Positions 18,577-27,650 of a DNA stretch of 64,000 nucleotides are shown here, piece by piece. A program made the translations under genes and the position numbers. The DNA lies in contig JBDRNJ010000024.1 in the NCBI GenBank assembly GCA_043811375.1, positions 54,869-118,868 on the forward strand, given 5' to 3'. This stretch comes from a bacterium. Lineage in GTDB: Bacteria > Zixibacteria > MSB-5A5 > GN15 > FEB-12. Within the stretch, counting starts at the first letter, position 1, and each line of letters opens with the position of its first letter. A model generated the notes under the pieces. That model saw only the letters and a list, made by a program, of their open reading frames with translations. It did not search any database and had not been told where the DNA came from.

Positions 18577-20625
18577 TTACGATGAGACTTCTTCAGTGAA
18601 ATAGCCGTTGATTCTCTGAGCCGAACGGTCAATGATCGAAAGGTAACGATCAAGGCCGCCATCAGTTTCACCTGTATGAGCCTTAATCATCTCAATTGAT
18701 CCCAGGATACTCGACAAGGATGATTTGACCTGTCCCTTGAGAGTGGCGTTACCTGGTGCGAGCGACCGATCTTTCTCCTGTTTCCGAGTCGGCCGGTTCT
18801 GCCGTCGGCGACCCAAAGCCAACTGAATCGCCAGTGCCAACCCGGCAGCCACCGAATTGACAAACAGGATATCGGCCGGTTCGTACTGGTAGCGGGACCA
18901 CCGACGCATCTCCCCCAGCGAGATGACTGCCAGTGTCTCCTGACCTACCGTCACCGGCACCAGCAGGGCCGATTGCAAACCGGGGCAACATACCTGACGT
19001 GCTTCCGCCTCGGTAATCTTCTTGCCCGTCTGTTCCTGGTTGATCATCATGAGTCGGCCGGTCTCGCGCACCAGGGAGTGGTACGGCATCAGCGACAGTA
19101 TCATGTGACCGTCTTCCGGCGTCAGTCCTTCGATAGGCCGCACCTGTGCCATAGCCCGCGATTTCAGGAAAGCGCCGTCGTATTCATAAGTAGAAACCCG
19201 CACAAAGGACGTTCTTAATTCTCGAGAAAGCATGGTTGTCGCTGACCGGAAGATGTCCTGCAGTTCACCGGCACGACTACATTCCGCCAGGAAGCGGTTG
19301 GTTAAATCAACCCGGCGTTCAGCGATGGCCGCCTGGTGACGACTGACTTCGCGAGTCACCAAACTTCCGAGCAGCGGCGCCGCGGTATCCAGCAGAGCAA
19401 CTTCCCGGGAACCGAAGCTATTGGCCTGCCGGGAAGCAATGAGCATCACCCCCTGTGGCTTGAAACCGTTGCCAAGTCGGAGAGCAACCAGGGAGCGCAT
19501 TCCGGAAGACATGATCATGTTGTCAATCGGTACACTCGTTTTTGCCGACAGGTCGTTTAGAACCAGTGGCTCGTGACGGTCGGTAACCTGCTTCAGGAAA
19601 GCCTCGTGTGACAGCATGTCCACTCGCTTCAGGTTCAGGACACTGCCGTCCTCGCCGACGGAAAAGCGGTCCATCGTCTTGCCGTCATACAAAACGGTAA
19701 GAGACATCATATCCATCGGCAGCATCTCGGTCAACCAACGACCGATCCGGGACACGTTTTCTTTCATCGGTTTCCTGGTGTCGACGACCGAACCCAGCGT
19801 ACTCCGCCAGTCTCGACGGCTGTCCCTGAAGGATTCCCTGAGATGCGTCCGACACAATTGTATCTGGCGGGAAATGATATCAGCGGCGATCTTCAGATTC
19901 AAGCGATCGGCGTCGTCAAGCAGGGTGACACGGTCATGCCACAACAGGAATAGTACCGCCGGACGCCCGTCTATCACCACCGGCAGCGTCAGGTCAGGAT
20001 CGGACATGCCTTCCGGAACCTCAACACCACCCTCCGGTCGACCAGTGACAGCCTGGTCATGAAACTGAGCGGTCATATCTCCGTGGAAAGAGATTCTCCG
20101 CAAATCAGCCTCCGCTATCGAGCCGGGACCGGCCGCGCTCAGGAAGACCGATTTCCCACTCCGGCGAGAGCAAACAAACACGGCCCCTTTCTGCATATCA
20201 AAATGATCGACCATATATTGCAAAGTCCGGCTCAGCATCACCGGTACTCGTCTCTCCACCGCTGTCAGTTGCTCCAGCCTCTTGATGAAATCAAGACCGC
20301 GAACCTTCCGTTGTTTCATTTGCTGACGCCGATGGGACAACGGCAGCCAACTCGAAATACCACTGACCAGCGTCACTAAACCCGTAATAATACCAATCCA
20401 GAAAACCAGTCGGCTAAAGATCGGGTCGGAGACAAACGGCACCATGACCAGGAGCCCGCCGGCGCTGTACAGGTGAAACACTGCCGTTAAAGTCAGTACT
20501 ACCAGCCCGCCCGAAATATGACGATAGCTGTCACGGTCGGTGGCTATAAGCCGTTCACGCGACCGTGCCAACAATACCAGGGCACAAAGGAAGAACAGGG
20601 CTACGATCAGATTTGCCGGCTGCAT
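18577..20625 (-). CDS. Membrane-anchored multi-GAF protein with degenerate HisKA-like C-terminal helices
   Basis: Three N-terminal TMs, GAF-like segments (SGMRSLVAL.L...GVM.IAS....FG..E..LL; SALLVPV..G...LAVISLG) and a C-terminal KSSLSSILG...LSIIDRSA.RI. No HATPase domain. Confidence 0.7.
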   Translation of the reverse strand: MQPANLIVALFFLCALVLLARSRERLIATDRDSYRHISGGLVVLTLTAVFHLYSAGGLLVMVPFVSDPIFSRLVFWIGIITGLVTLVSGISSWLPLSHRRQQMKQRKVRGLDFIKRLEQLTAVERRVPVMLSRTLQYMVDHFDMQKGAVFVCSRRSGKSVFLSAAGPGSIAEADLRRISFHGDMTAQFHDQAVTGRPEGGVEVPEGMSDPDLTLPVVIDGRPAVLFLLWHDRVTLLDDADRLNLKIAADIISRQIQLCRTHLRESFRDSRRDWRSTLGSVVDTRKPMKENVSRIGRWLTEMLPMDMMSLTVLYDGKTMDRFSVGEDGSVLNLKRVDMLSHEAFLKQVTDRHEPLVLNDLSAKTSVPIDNMIMSSGMRSLVALRLGNGFKPQGVMLIASRQANSFGSREVALLDTAAPLLGSLVTREVSRHQAAIAERRVDLTNRFLAECSRAGELQDIFRSATTMLSRELRTSFVRVSTYEYDGAFLKSRAMAQVRPIEGLTPEDGHMILSLMPYHSLVRETGRLMMINQEQTGKKITEAEARQVCCPGLQSALLVPVTVGQETLAVISLGEMRRWSRYQYEPADILFVNSVAAGLALAIQLALGRRRQNRPTRKQEKDRSLAPGNATLKGQVKSSLSSILGSIEMIKAHTGETDGGLDRYLSIIDRSAQRINGYFTEEVSS

Positions 20626-20889
20626 TTATTCTCCTCCTTCAATTCGCTAACCAACAGCGCTACTTCAAATTATCGACATATCTCACTACTTAGTTAACCG
20701 GTGACTCAGCCTTTAAATAGACAGGTCGGCCTGGCCGACGTCGACGCCTCACCTAATGTATTACTTTAACAGATACGTGTTTCGCTGTAAACAATAAGGG
20801 TATATGATATCGATAACGTACTCGGGAGAAGCTGTCCGGAAGTCCCCCGGCGGCTATTATGAAAATGCCGATCCCTGCGGTTGTGGTTC

Positions 20890-21588
20890 TCAGGTCAAAG
20901 TACCTGTGTCTCTGCCACTACCGGGTCGACTGCCGTCGAGATCCAGGGAGGGATTGACAATACGACGGTAATTCTTGAAGTGAGTCTTGGCAATTCGGTC
21001 AAAGATTTGAGGTGGCTGCGTTGCGGCAATCTTTCTGCCGGCCTCGTCCACGATAGTGCCGGCCCCGCGTGGAATATCCATGCGGTAATGCGTTGACAAT
21101 TTTCGCATTTCTCGAACAAAGACTGCCCTGGCCAGGATGGAAGCCGCCGCCACCGGCAGGATTTCTTCACCGCGCACAAACTGCCGCAGTTCAATATCCA
21201 CACTCAACTTCCGCAGCGCCTGTTCTACCAGTTCCGGCTTACCGAACTTGTCGGAGATAGCCAGATCCGCCGGGTGGTCGGCAACAATCTCGGCAATGGC
21301 CCGGGCGTGCCCCTCGGCCAGCAACTTATTCAGATTCTTAATAATAGCGTAACGACGGTTGTACTCCTCGGGCTGATACACAATTATGGAGTGCGGGTAG
21401 ACCGGCAGCAACCTGTCGGCAATTGTCAACAGCTTCGCCTCGGCAATCCGCTTGCTGTCGCGAACCCCCATTTCCCGCAACGCCGGCTGATCACCGGCCG
21501 AACACCAGAAGGCTGCTACCACCAAAGGACCGAAAAAGTCCCCTTTGCCGGATTCATCCACGCCGATGATTCGACGATTGGCGGCCAC
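20890..21588 (-). CDS. rnhC: Ribonuclease HIII (catalytic domain only)
   Basis: IGVDESGKGDFFGPL, DSK, DKF, GE, VAAASILAR and K.HFK motifs (HIII-type rather than HII-type). Confidence 0.8.
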   Translation of the reverse strand: MAANRRIIGVDESGKGDFFGPLVVAAFWCSAGDQPALREMGVRDSKRIAEAKLLTIADRLLPVYPHSIIVYQPEEYNRRYAIIKNLNKLLAEGHARAIAEIVADHPADLAISDKFGKPELVEQALRKLSVDIELRQFVRGEEILPVAAASILARAVFVREMRKLSTHYRMDIPRGAGTIVDEAGRKIAATQPPQIFDRIAKTHFKNYRRIVNPSLDLDGSRPGSGRDTGTLT

Positions 21589-21591
21589 GTC

Positions 21592-22152
21592 TTAGTTGGC
21601 CCGTTCCAGGTAGTTACCGGTGCGTGTGTCAACCTTGACCTTGTCGCCTTCTTTCACGAAAGGCGGTACCTTAACCATCAGACCGGTCTGCAGCTTCGCC
21701 GGTTTGGTGATGTTTGACACCGTGTCTCCACGCACCGATGGTTCAGTCTCTATCACCTCCAGTACCACCGCGGCAGGCAGATCGACCGAAATGGCTTCAT
21801 TATCCAGAAAAACGACCTTGTATTCCTCATTTTCCAGCAGATACCAGCGGGCATCACCCAGGTTCTCCGCTGGAATAGTCACCTGCTCAAACGTCTGCGT
21901 ATCCATGAAAGCCATTTCGCCGGCACTCTCATAAAGATACTGCATCGTCTTGAAATCCATGTCCGGCGGCTTGAAAGAGTCATTGGTCGAAAAGACCTTT
22001 TCAATCACGGCGCCGGTCTTGATATGTTTGAGTTTTGTGCGAATATTGGCCTTGCCGCGACCCATCTTGAAATGCTGGTAATCGATTACATAATACGGCT
22101 GGTCGTCGACAATTATGCGCAGACCCTTACGAAAATCCGATGGTGTATACAC
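21592..22152 (-). CDS. efp: Translation elongation factor P
   Basis: GTG start with AGGAGG RBS. KMGRG loop, MQYLY, GDT, VP.F and VDTR.G.Y motifs. Confidence 0.96.
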   Translation of the reverse strand: MYTPSDFRKGLRIIVDDQPYYVIDYQHFKMGRGKANIRTKLKHIKTGAVIEKVFSTNDSFKPPDMDFKTMQYLYESAGEMAFMDTQTFEQVTIPAENLGDARWYLLENEEYKVVFLDNEAISVDLPAAVVLEVIETEPSVRGDTVSNITKPAKLQTGLMVKVPPFVKEGDKVKVDTRTGNYLERAN

Positions 22153-22262
22153 TTCAACCTCCTGATCATTAGCCTGCAAATATAGCAAAAATCATGGCCA
22201 GCCCAAGAGAAATCTGACTGACTGTACGGTGGTAGCTTGAAAACGCTCCCATGCAATCGGTC

Positions 22263-22368
22263 GGGTGGCCCAGGGCTTGGAGCCTGTTGCAAAACATAAC
22301 AAACGTCATAGCGAGGAGCGAAGCGACGAGGCTATCTCGTTGTCTGGGTGGCCCAGGGCTTGCCCTGG
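22263..22368. mobile_element. Partial MITE family A copy inside a duplicated REP hairpin
   Basis: GAGCCTGTTGCAAAACATAACAAACGTCATAGCGAGGAGCGAAGCGAC... flanked by the 17-bp direct repeat GGGTGGCCCAGGGCTTG (22263-79 and 22346-62). Confidence 0.65.
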
Positions 22369-22541
22369 ATTTCTTGTCAAAACTGTAGCTGGTAAATATC
22401 CACATCTGCCGTAGATCGCAGAGCATGTGGACATACGCCGTGCACCCAAATCTGGCTGACAGTGTGATGGTTGCGTGAAAACGATCCGATGCGGTTGTTT
22501 CGCACAAGCTGGTAAGTGGTCATAATACACCGATTTTTCGC

Positions 22542-22570
22542 TTGACAACCGAGCAGCAATTCGTTAAACT
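22542..22570 (+). promoter_or_regulatory. Sigma70-type promoter for the Lnt-like / IPTL-CTERM unit
   Basis: TTGACA-N17-TAAACT, followed by the perfect palindrome AGAGAACA-T-TGTTCTCT (22582-22598). Confidence 0.55.
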
Positions 22571-22816
22571 CATTGTGACTCAGAGAACATTGTTCTCTTC
22601 GGAACGAGTCAGTACTCGCATAGGCGAGCAAGAGAAAACGCAACGGGACATACATCGACTCGCTAAGTACATGCTGAAGTCACGCTAACCGCCACAGTGT
22701 GACCGGTCTGATATTGAGGGTTCCGCCTTCGGGAAAGACCGGAATGTGGGATGTTGGGTTGGGCAGTTTATTTATCAGGACTGCCGCCCGGCGACTATAA
22801 CGACACGTAGGAGGTT

Positions 22817-23530
22817 GTGAGCCGTCGGAAGACGGCGAACAGGGTAGCAGTGGTAACGGGCCAGGAACATCGCCGACTTTATAGTGCTGTCGAGAGTTTC
22901 ATCTGTGCGGGCAGTTCCGCGCTGTTGATCTCGGCTGCCCAACTGCATCCGGAGGTCTGGTTTCTCTCCATTGTCGCCCTGGTGCCGTTTTTGGGGCGAG
23001 TCATCCGTGCCTCGCGGGCCGAATCACTCCTGTTGGGTGTAATACTGGCCACCTGCTATGCCCTGGTAGCTCGAGCCAATGATCTCTGGATAGCCCCCGG
23101 TCCCTTCCTGCTGAAATTCCTGGTGCTAAATCTCGTCTTCTGCATCTACGCCCTGGCTGTCAACCGGCTCAAGAAAACGATCGGTTTCCATGTCATTTTC
23201 GTGGCGGCACTATGGCTGCCACTGGAGTATCTGCTCGACCGTGTCGCCGGCATCGGCAGCATCTTCACGCTGGCCGCAGGTGACTCGAGCTTTGTCATCA
23301 GGATCGGCTCCCTGTTCGGGATGCTGATGATCTCGTTTGTGGTGGTGATCGCTAACTCGCTGATCGTGATCCTACTCAAAGAACTGGCCCGGGTGTTCAA
23401 ATCCGGCCGGGCACTGGTGTTTGCTGCCCCTCGTAGGAGCTTTCCAACCTTCCCACATATTCACGTCCAGCGACGCTGGTACTGTTTTCCGGATCGTCGC
23501 GCCCCGCCGCTGACCCACTCACCGGTTTAA
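22817..23530 (+). CDS. Membrane protein resembling only the N-terminal TM domain of apolipoprotein N-acyltransferase, with a C-terminal RAPP motif
   Basis: AGGAGG RBS plus GTG. 'WFLSIVALVPFL', 'AALWLPLEYL' and 'GSLFG...ISFVVV.AN' match Lnt-N. No nitrilase domain. Ends DRRAPPLTHSPV. Confidence 0.7.
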   Translation: MSRRKTANRVAVVTGQEHRRLYSAVESFICAGSSALLISAAQLHPEVWFLSIVALVPFLGRVIRASRAESLLLGVILATCYALVARANDLWIAPGPFLLKFLVLNLVFCIYALAVNRLKKTIGFHVIFVAALWLPLEYLLDRVAGIGSIFTLAAGDSSFVIRIGSLFGMLMISFVVVIANSLIVILLKELARVFKSGRALVFAAPRRSFPTFPHIHVQRRWYCFPDRRAPPLTHSPV

Positions 23531-23683
23531 CAATCGGTGTTTCTCCTGGAGAGTGATGCCCAATCGGCACACAATCTAATAAGTTGGGAACTTAAGTGTG
23601 CTCTGCTGTTCACCGCTCGTTACTATTGCGGCATACAGTAGGAAGCACAGAACGTAAGATTAAAATATTGAGGAACAAAACAA

Positions 23684-24766
23684 ATGCGTAAATTTAGTTT
23701 AGTACTATTAGCCGCCGCCCTGTTGCTGATGAGCAATGTGGCTTGGTCCCAATCACAGCAGGGCGAAAGTGATAAAGTACTCTATCACACCGTAGAGTTT
23801 ACCAATGCTACGGACAGACAAGCCATTTCTGCTCCCACCGTCGGTGGCGCCCTCGGCCCCGCAGATCCGGGACAGGTCTTGAATAGTACTGTAAACGATA
23901 ATGTCGGCCCTCCCAATCCTAAAGACAGCCGGATGGGTGGTGTCGTACATGACTACGAGAATGAGGTGGACGCGTTGGCCAATAGTGGGGATGCTTACTT
24001 CTGGCACGTGGTTAGAAACACCGCGGACCTGCTTGTCTCATTCGAATACGACCCTGTTGACCCTGCTACCGCTCGCCAACGAGCTGTCTTTCGGGAGACC
24101 CCCGCAGGATTGCGGCAGAGGATGTGGTTTCAAATCCAGCTTAGCAACGTCCCGCCCTCCCCGCCAGGTGACCCCAACTTCTTTGATTTGGATGCTCTGG
24201 AAACGTACGGTCCGACTTCCGGAGATGATGCCAACATGGCTTCGTTCAACGGCGACGCCACGACTTCCGTTTGGGACTACGGGGCGGGAGGCGCTAACAC
24301 CCCCTACATTTCAAAAGCCGATATTCTCACTGCCTTGAAGTCGGATTCGATTAGCTGGAGCGGGACCGATGACTGGGTCGACGTTGACGCCCTAATGGTA
24401 TCCAAGTATGGTGATTCGATCATTTTCAGTATCAGGGCCACAGGAAGCTTTGACGGCGGAGAGCTTATTGTGATGCCAGTAAGCAATCCTGGAGGTGCAA
24501 CCTTCCTGAAGCACGGCATCATTGCAAACCACGGCGACGGTACTACTAAGTGGAACACGGCCTTCGATCTCCAAACCGCTTTTGGTGTGGACACGGAAGA
24601 AATTGATGGCATCGAAGCCTGGAGGGGTGGCCCTCCCAACGATGCGGGGACGCCGCCACCGCCAATACCCTCCCTCACCACCTACGGTCTGATAGTCCTG
24701 CTGGCTCTGCTGCTGCTGTCAGGGATCATCGTGATCCGCAGGAGACGCGCAACCGCAACGGCATAG
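23684..24766 (+). CDS. Secreted protein with IPTL-CTERM sorting domain
   Basis: Sec signal, repeated [DE][VLI]D[AG][LI] motifs, Pro linker, then IPSLTTYGLIVL-TM-RRRR. Confidence 0.85.
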   Translation: MRKFSLVLLAAALLLMSNVAWSQSQQGESDKVLYHTVEFTNATDRQAISAPTVGGALGPADPGQVLNSTVNDNVGPPNPKDSRMGGVVHDYENEVDALANSGDAYFWHVVRNTADLLVSFEYDPVDPATARQRAVFRETPAGLRQRMWFQIQLSNVPPSPPGDPNFFDLDALETYGPTSGDDANMASFNGDATTSVWDYGAGGANTPYISKADILTALKSDSISWSGTDDWVDVDALMVSKYGDSIIFSIRATGSFDGGELIVMPVSNPGGATFLKHGIIANHGDGTTKWNTAFDLQTAFGVDTEEIDGIEAWRGGPPNDAGTPPPPIPSLTTYGLIVLLALLLLSGIIVIRRRRATATA

Positions 24767-24797
24767 TACTTTCGACCACTACTGACGCGATATTAAA

Positions 24798-24835
24798 AAA
24801 CGGGATCGAGTGAAAACTCGGTCCCGTTTCATTTG
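24798..24835. terminator. Likely bidirectional intrinsic terminator
   Basis: AAACGGGATCGAG-loop-CTCGGTCCCGTTT with A and T tracts, between convergent genes. Confidence 0.7.
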
Positions 24836-24953
24836 TGTGCATGTCTGAAGCCAGTAGTATCATCTCGCGTAGAGTGGGGGCTTGTCCCCCACAAAAAAAG
24901 TGGCTATGCCACCGGTCCCGTTTCATTTGCGATTATATCATAGGCTGGTAACG

Positions 24954-26774
24954 TCAGGCCGGTGTTGGTATCGGCTGCCGTCGATGCGGTAGCGTGATTA
25001 CAAAAGTCGTACCCTCACCCGGCTGTGACCGGACTTTCAGAGTCCCCCTGTGCATGTCGATAATCTTACGGGCCAGCGGTAATCCCAGACCGGTGCCTGA
25101 CGGTCGCGACGAATAAAACGGCGTGAATATCTTGTCCAGGTTCTCATCAGCTATGCCGCAACCCCGGTCACTAACTACAATATCCAACTCTTCGTCGCGC
25201 TGCACCAGTCGGACTTCCACCCGGCCGGGTTGGTTCTCGTACGAGTTGAGAGCATTCTCCAGTATGTTGGTCAGGGCTTGTTTGAGCAGCAGAGGATCAA
25301 CTTCAAGTGTTGTTTCAACAGTTTCTTCGATTACCAGTTCAATCCGGCTGCTTTCCGGGCGAGCCTGCAGGCCGGTAACCGTCTCGGCGATAAGTTCGTT
25401 AATAGACTGCGGCTCAGGTCTGAACGCCAGCGGCCCCGCAAACTGGAGAAACCGGTTAACCAGTTGTTCGGTCTCCGTAATCTCCCGGGTCAAAGCCGAG
25501 ATGTTGTCAGTATCCTGACCGGTCTTTTTCAATCTCTTTTTCATCAGACCGCAGTAACCGGATATGGCCCCCATCGAGTTGCGTAGTTGGTGAGCCAGAC
25601 CGGCAGCCATCTCGCCCAGCGCAGCCAGACGATTGGAGGTTTCCAATTCCGTTCGCAGCCGGCGCAGTTCTGTCAGGTCATTGATTAGCAGCGAAGCCCC
25701 AATCGGCCGACGACCTTCATCACTGATAACCGACACCGAAATGCCCAAAACCAGATTTTGCTTGTCTGCAGCCGGGTATTCGATTTCCTGATAGCCGGTT
25801 TTTTCACCGCGTGACAGAGTCTGCCGGATGGCGGCCGCCAGTTGTCCGTCAATTCCTAATGCTTTCGAATACAGTTTCCCCTGAAACTCACTGCTTTCGA
25901 CGTCAAGGATTTCACCGGCGGCGCGGTTAACCGACAGGATACGACCCTCCCGATCGATAGTAATGAGACCGGAATTCATCGATGTCAGCAGGAATTGATT
26001 GAACTGCTCCAGTGAATCAGCTTTCTTCTGAATGATCTTGTTCAGTTTCAGCAGTTCGGTTTCTTTCTCTTTCAGTTCGTCGATGATCTTCTGATAGTCA
26101 ACAACCATCGCTTCGACATCATCTTCTTCCTCGCCCACGGACCGACCGGCCGCCCGGGCCTGCTGGCGTATCTTCCGAAAAGGAGAAAAGATAAAGCGCG
26201 ACAGCAACAGGTAAATGCCGGCTATAGCCAGCGCCGAAACGGCGGCGATTATCAACGCCATCCGGGCCGAATCATCCAGATAGGCCAGGGTAGTCGAATT
26301 CTTCGACACCACCAGCAGGCTCCGCCCGGAGCCGGCAGTAATTGGTGAGACGAAAAAATATTCGTCATTGTTGCCGCGTGTCAGTGACTTATAATCTGAA
26401 GCCAGCAGTTTGCGCGCCAGATCGGGAACCTGATGGGAGGGAAGTTCACGCACGATGGCGCTAAACCATCGTCCCCGACCAACCATCGAACTGTCATGCG
26501 GCTGGGATGGAATAACCATCACACCGCTCAGAGCGTACTGGAGCCTGATCTGGCGTTGCTGGGTTTCCGTCAGGGAGAGTGGCACCGTACCCTGAACCAT
26601 CCGGGTCGCCGCGCGCGCCGCCGAACTGAGATCAGTCAGGACATCACGGCGCATTGATTCCCGCGCCCGGTAAATGATGAAATTGGAGGTCAGGTTGAGA
26701 AACAGAAGTATGCAGACGATTACCAGCAGTCCCAGGTGGACTTCCGACTCAAATCTGCGATTCCCCTTCTTCAT
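24954..26774 (-). CDS. PAS-domain sensor histidine kinase (PilS/NtrB-like)
   Basis: Two TMs, PAS, H box AHQLRN, N box ILENA, DRGCG, F.PF and GTGLGL. No cognate response regulator in the window. Confidence 0.92.
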   Translation of the reverse strand: MKKGNRRFESEVHLGLLVIVCILLFLNLTSNFIIYRARESMRRDVLTDLSSAARAATRMVQGTVPLSLTETQQRQIRLQYALSGVMVIPSQPHDSSMVGRGRWFSAIVRELPSHQVPDLARKLLASDYKSLTRGNNDEYFFVSPITAGSGRSLLVVSKNSTTLAYLDDSARMALIIAAVSALAIAGIYLLLSRFIFSPFRKIRQQARAAGRSVGEEEDDVEAMVVDYQKIIDELKEKETELLKLNKIIQKKADSLEQFNQFLLTSMNSGLITIDREGRILSVNRAAGEILDVESSEFQGKLYSKALGIDGQLAAAIRQTLSRGEKTGYQEIEYPAADKQNLVLGISVSVISDEGRRPIGASLLINDLTELRRLRTELETSNRLAALGEMAAGLAHQLRNSMGAISGYCGLMKKRLKKTGQDTDNISALTREITETEQLVNRFLQFAGPLAFRPEPQSINELIAETVTGLQARPESSRIELVIEETVETTLEVDPLLLKQALTNILENALNSYENQPGRVEVRLVQRDEELDIVVSDRGCGIADENLDKIFTPFYSSRPSGTGLGLPLARKIIDMHRGTLKVRSQPGEGTTFVITLPHRRQPIPTPA

Positions 26775-26839
26775 GGCTTCATAGATGTTATCGGCAACCG
26801 GCCGGTAATCTACAAGTTGACCGACCGCGCCGTCGCCGG

Positions 26840-27622
26840 TCAGTGCCGACCGACAACGTATTGCAGGTAAAGATCAATCAGATGATCGCCATAGAGGATA
26901 GACAGCATCGCCGCTGTCGCTAGGAAAGGCCCAAAAGGCACTATTCTGGTCTGTCTTACTCGAGCTGAAAATGCCATAATAACCAGCGACACCACCAAAC
27001 CGATCAGCGCCGACGAAATGAATATCAAAATAACCTTCTGCCAGCCCAGAAATGCTCCCAGCATAGCGGCCATCTTGATATCGCCGCCACCCATCGATTC
27101 CTTCTTGAACAGCCAGTCTCCCAGCATCGCGATAAGATACAACGAGCCGCCACCGGCCAGCACACCCACAACTGCCCACCCGATACCGATACCACCCGGC
27201 AACCAGGAGACCGCCAGACCCAGCAACAGCCCCGGCAACGTGATTACGTCGGGAATAATCTGAAAATCGAGATCTATAAAAAAGATGGCCAGCAGCGCCG
27301 AAGTCAGAAAAGCCAGCACCACCAGGTCCGGACCAAACCCGGTCTGCAGGTAGAAATAGGCGTACGCCAGGCCGTTAATCAACTCCACCAAGGGATAACG
27401 AAGCGATATCTTTTTGGTGCAGGATGCGCACTTGCCCCGCAGCAGAACAAAGCTGAGCACCGGAACATTGTGATACCACTTGAGTTGTACGCCACAGTGG
27501 GGGCAGACCGACCGACCCTTGTGCAAGGGGATTTTTCGCGGCAGCCGGTGAATCACCACGTTCAAAAAGGAGCCGATAACCAGACCCAGCAGCCCCGTCC
27601 AGATTGTAAACAGAATCTCCAC
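26840..27622 (-). CDS. pilD: Prepilin peptidase (A24)
   Basis: GSFLNVVIHRLP, two CxxC motifs, RYPLVE, ID...IIPD and MGGGDIK...PFGPFL. Confidence 0.95.
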   Translation of the reverse strand: MEILFTIWTGLLGLVIGSFLNVVIHRLPRKIPLHKGRSVCPHCGVQLKWYHNVPVLSFVLLRGKCASCTKKISLRYPLVELINGLAYAYFYLQTGFGPDLVVLAFLTSALLAIFFIDLDFQIIPDVITLPGLLLGLAVSWLPGGIGIGWAVVGVLAGGGSLYLIAMLGDWLFKKESMGGGDIKMAAMLGAFLGWQKVILIFISSALIGLVVSLVIMAFSARVRQTRIVPFGPFLATAAMLSILYGDHLIDLYLQYVVGRH

Positions 27623-27650
27623 TTGGTCTTACTATCGGAAATATGGTTGT

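Noticed and set aside
22582..22598. Gram-positive-type LexA box
   Set aside because: The spacing is GAAC-N3-GTTC, not N4. Kept only as a generic operator candidate.
22817..23530. Simple lnt pseudogene
   Set aside because: No nitrilase-domain remnant was seen downstream, the RBS is intact, and the tail ends in a specific motif. Not fully excluded.
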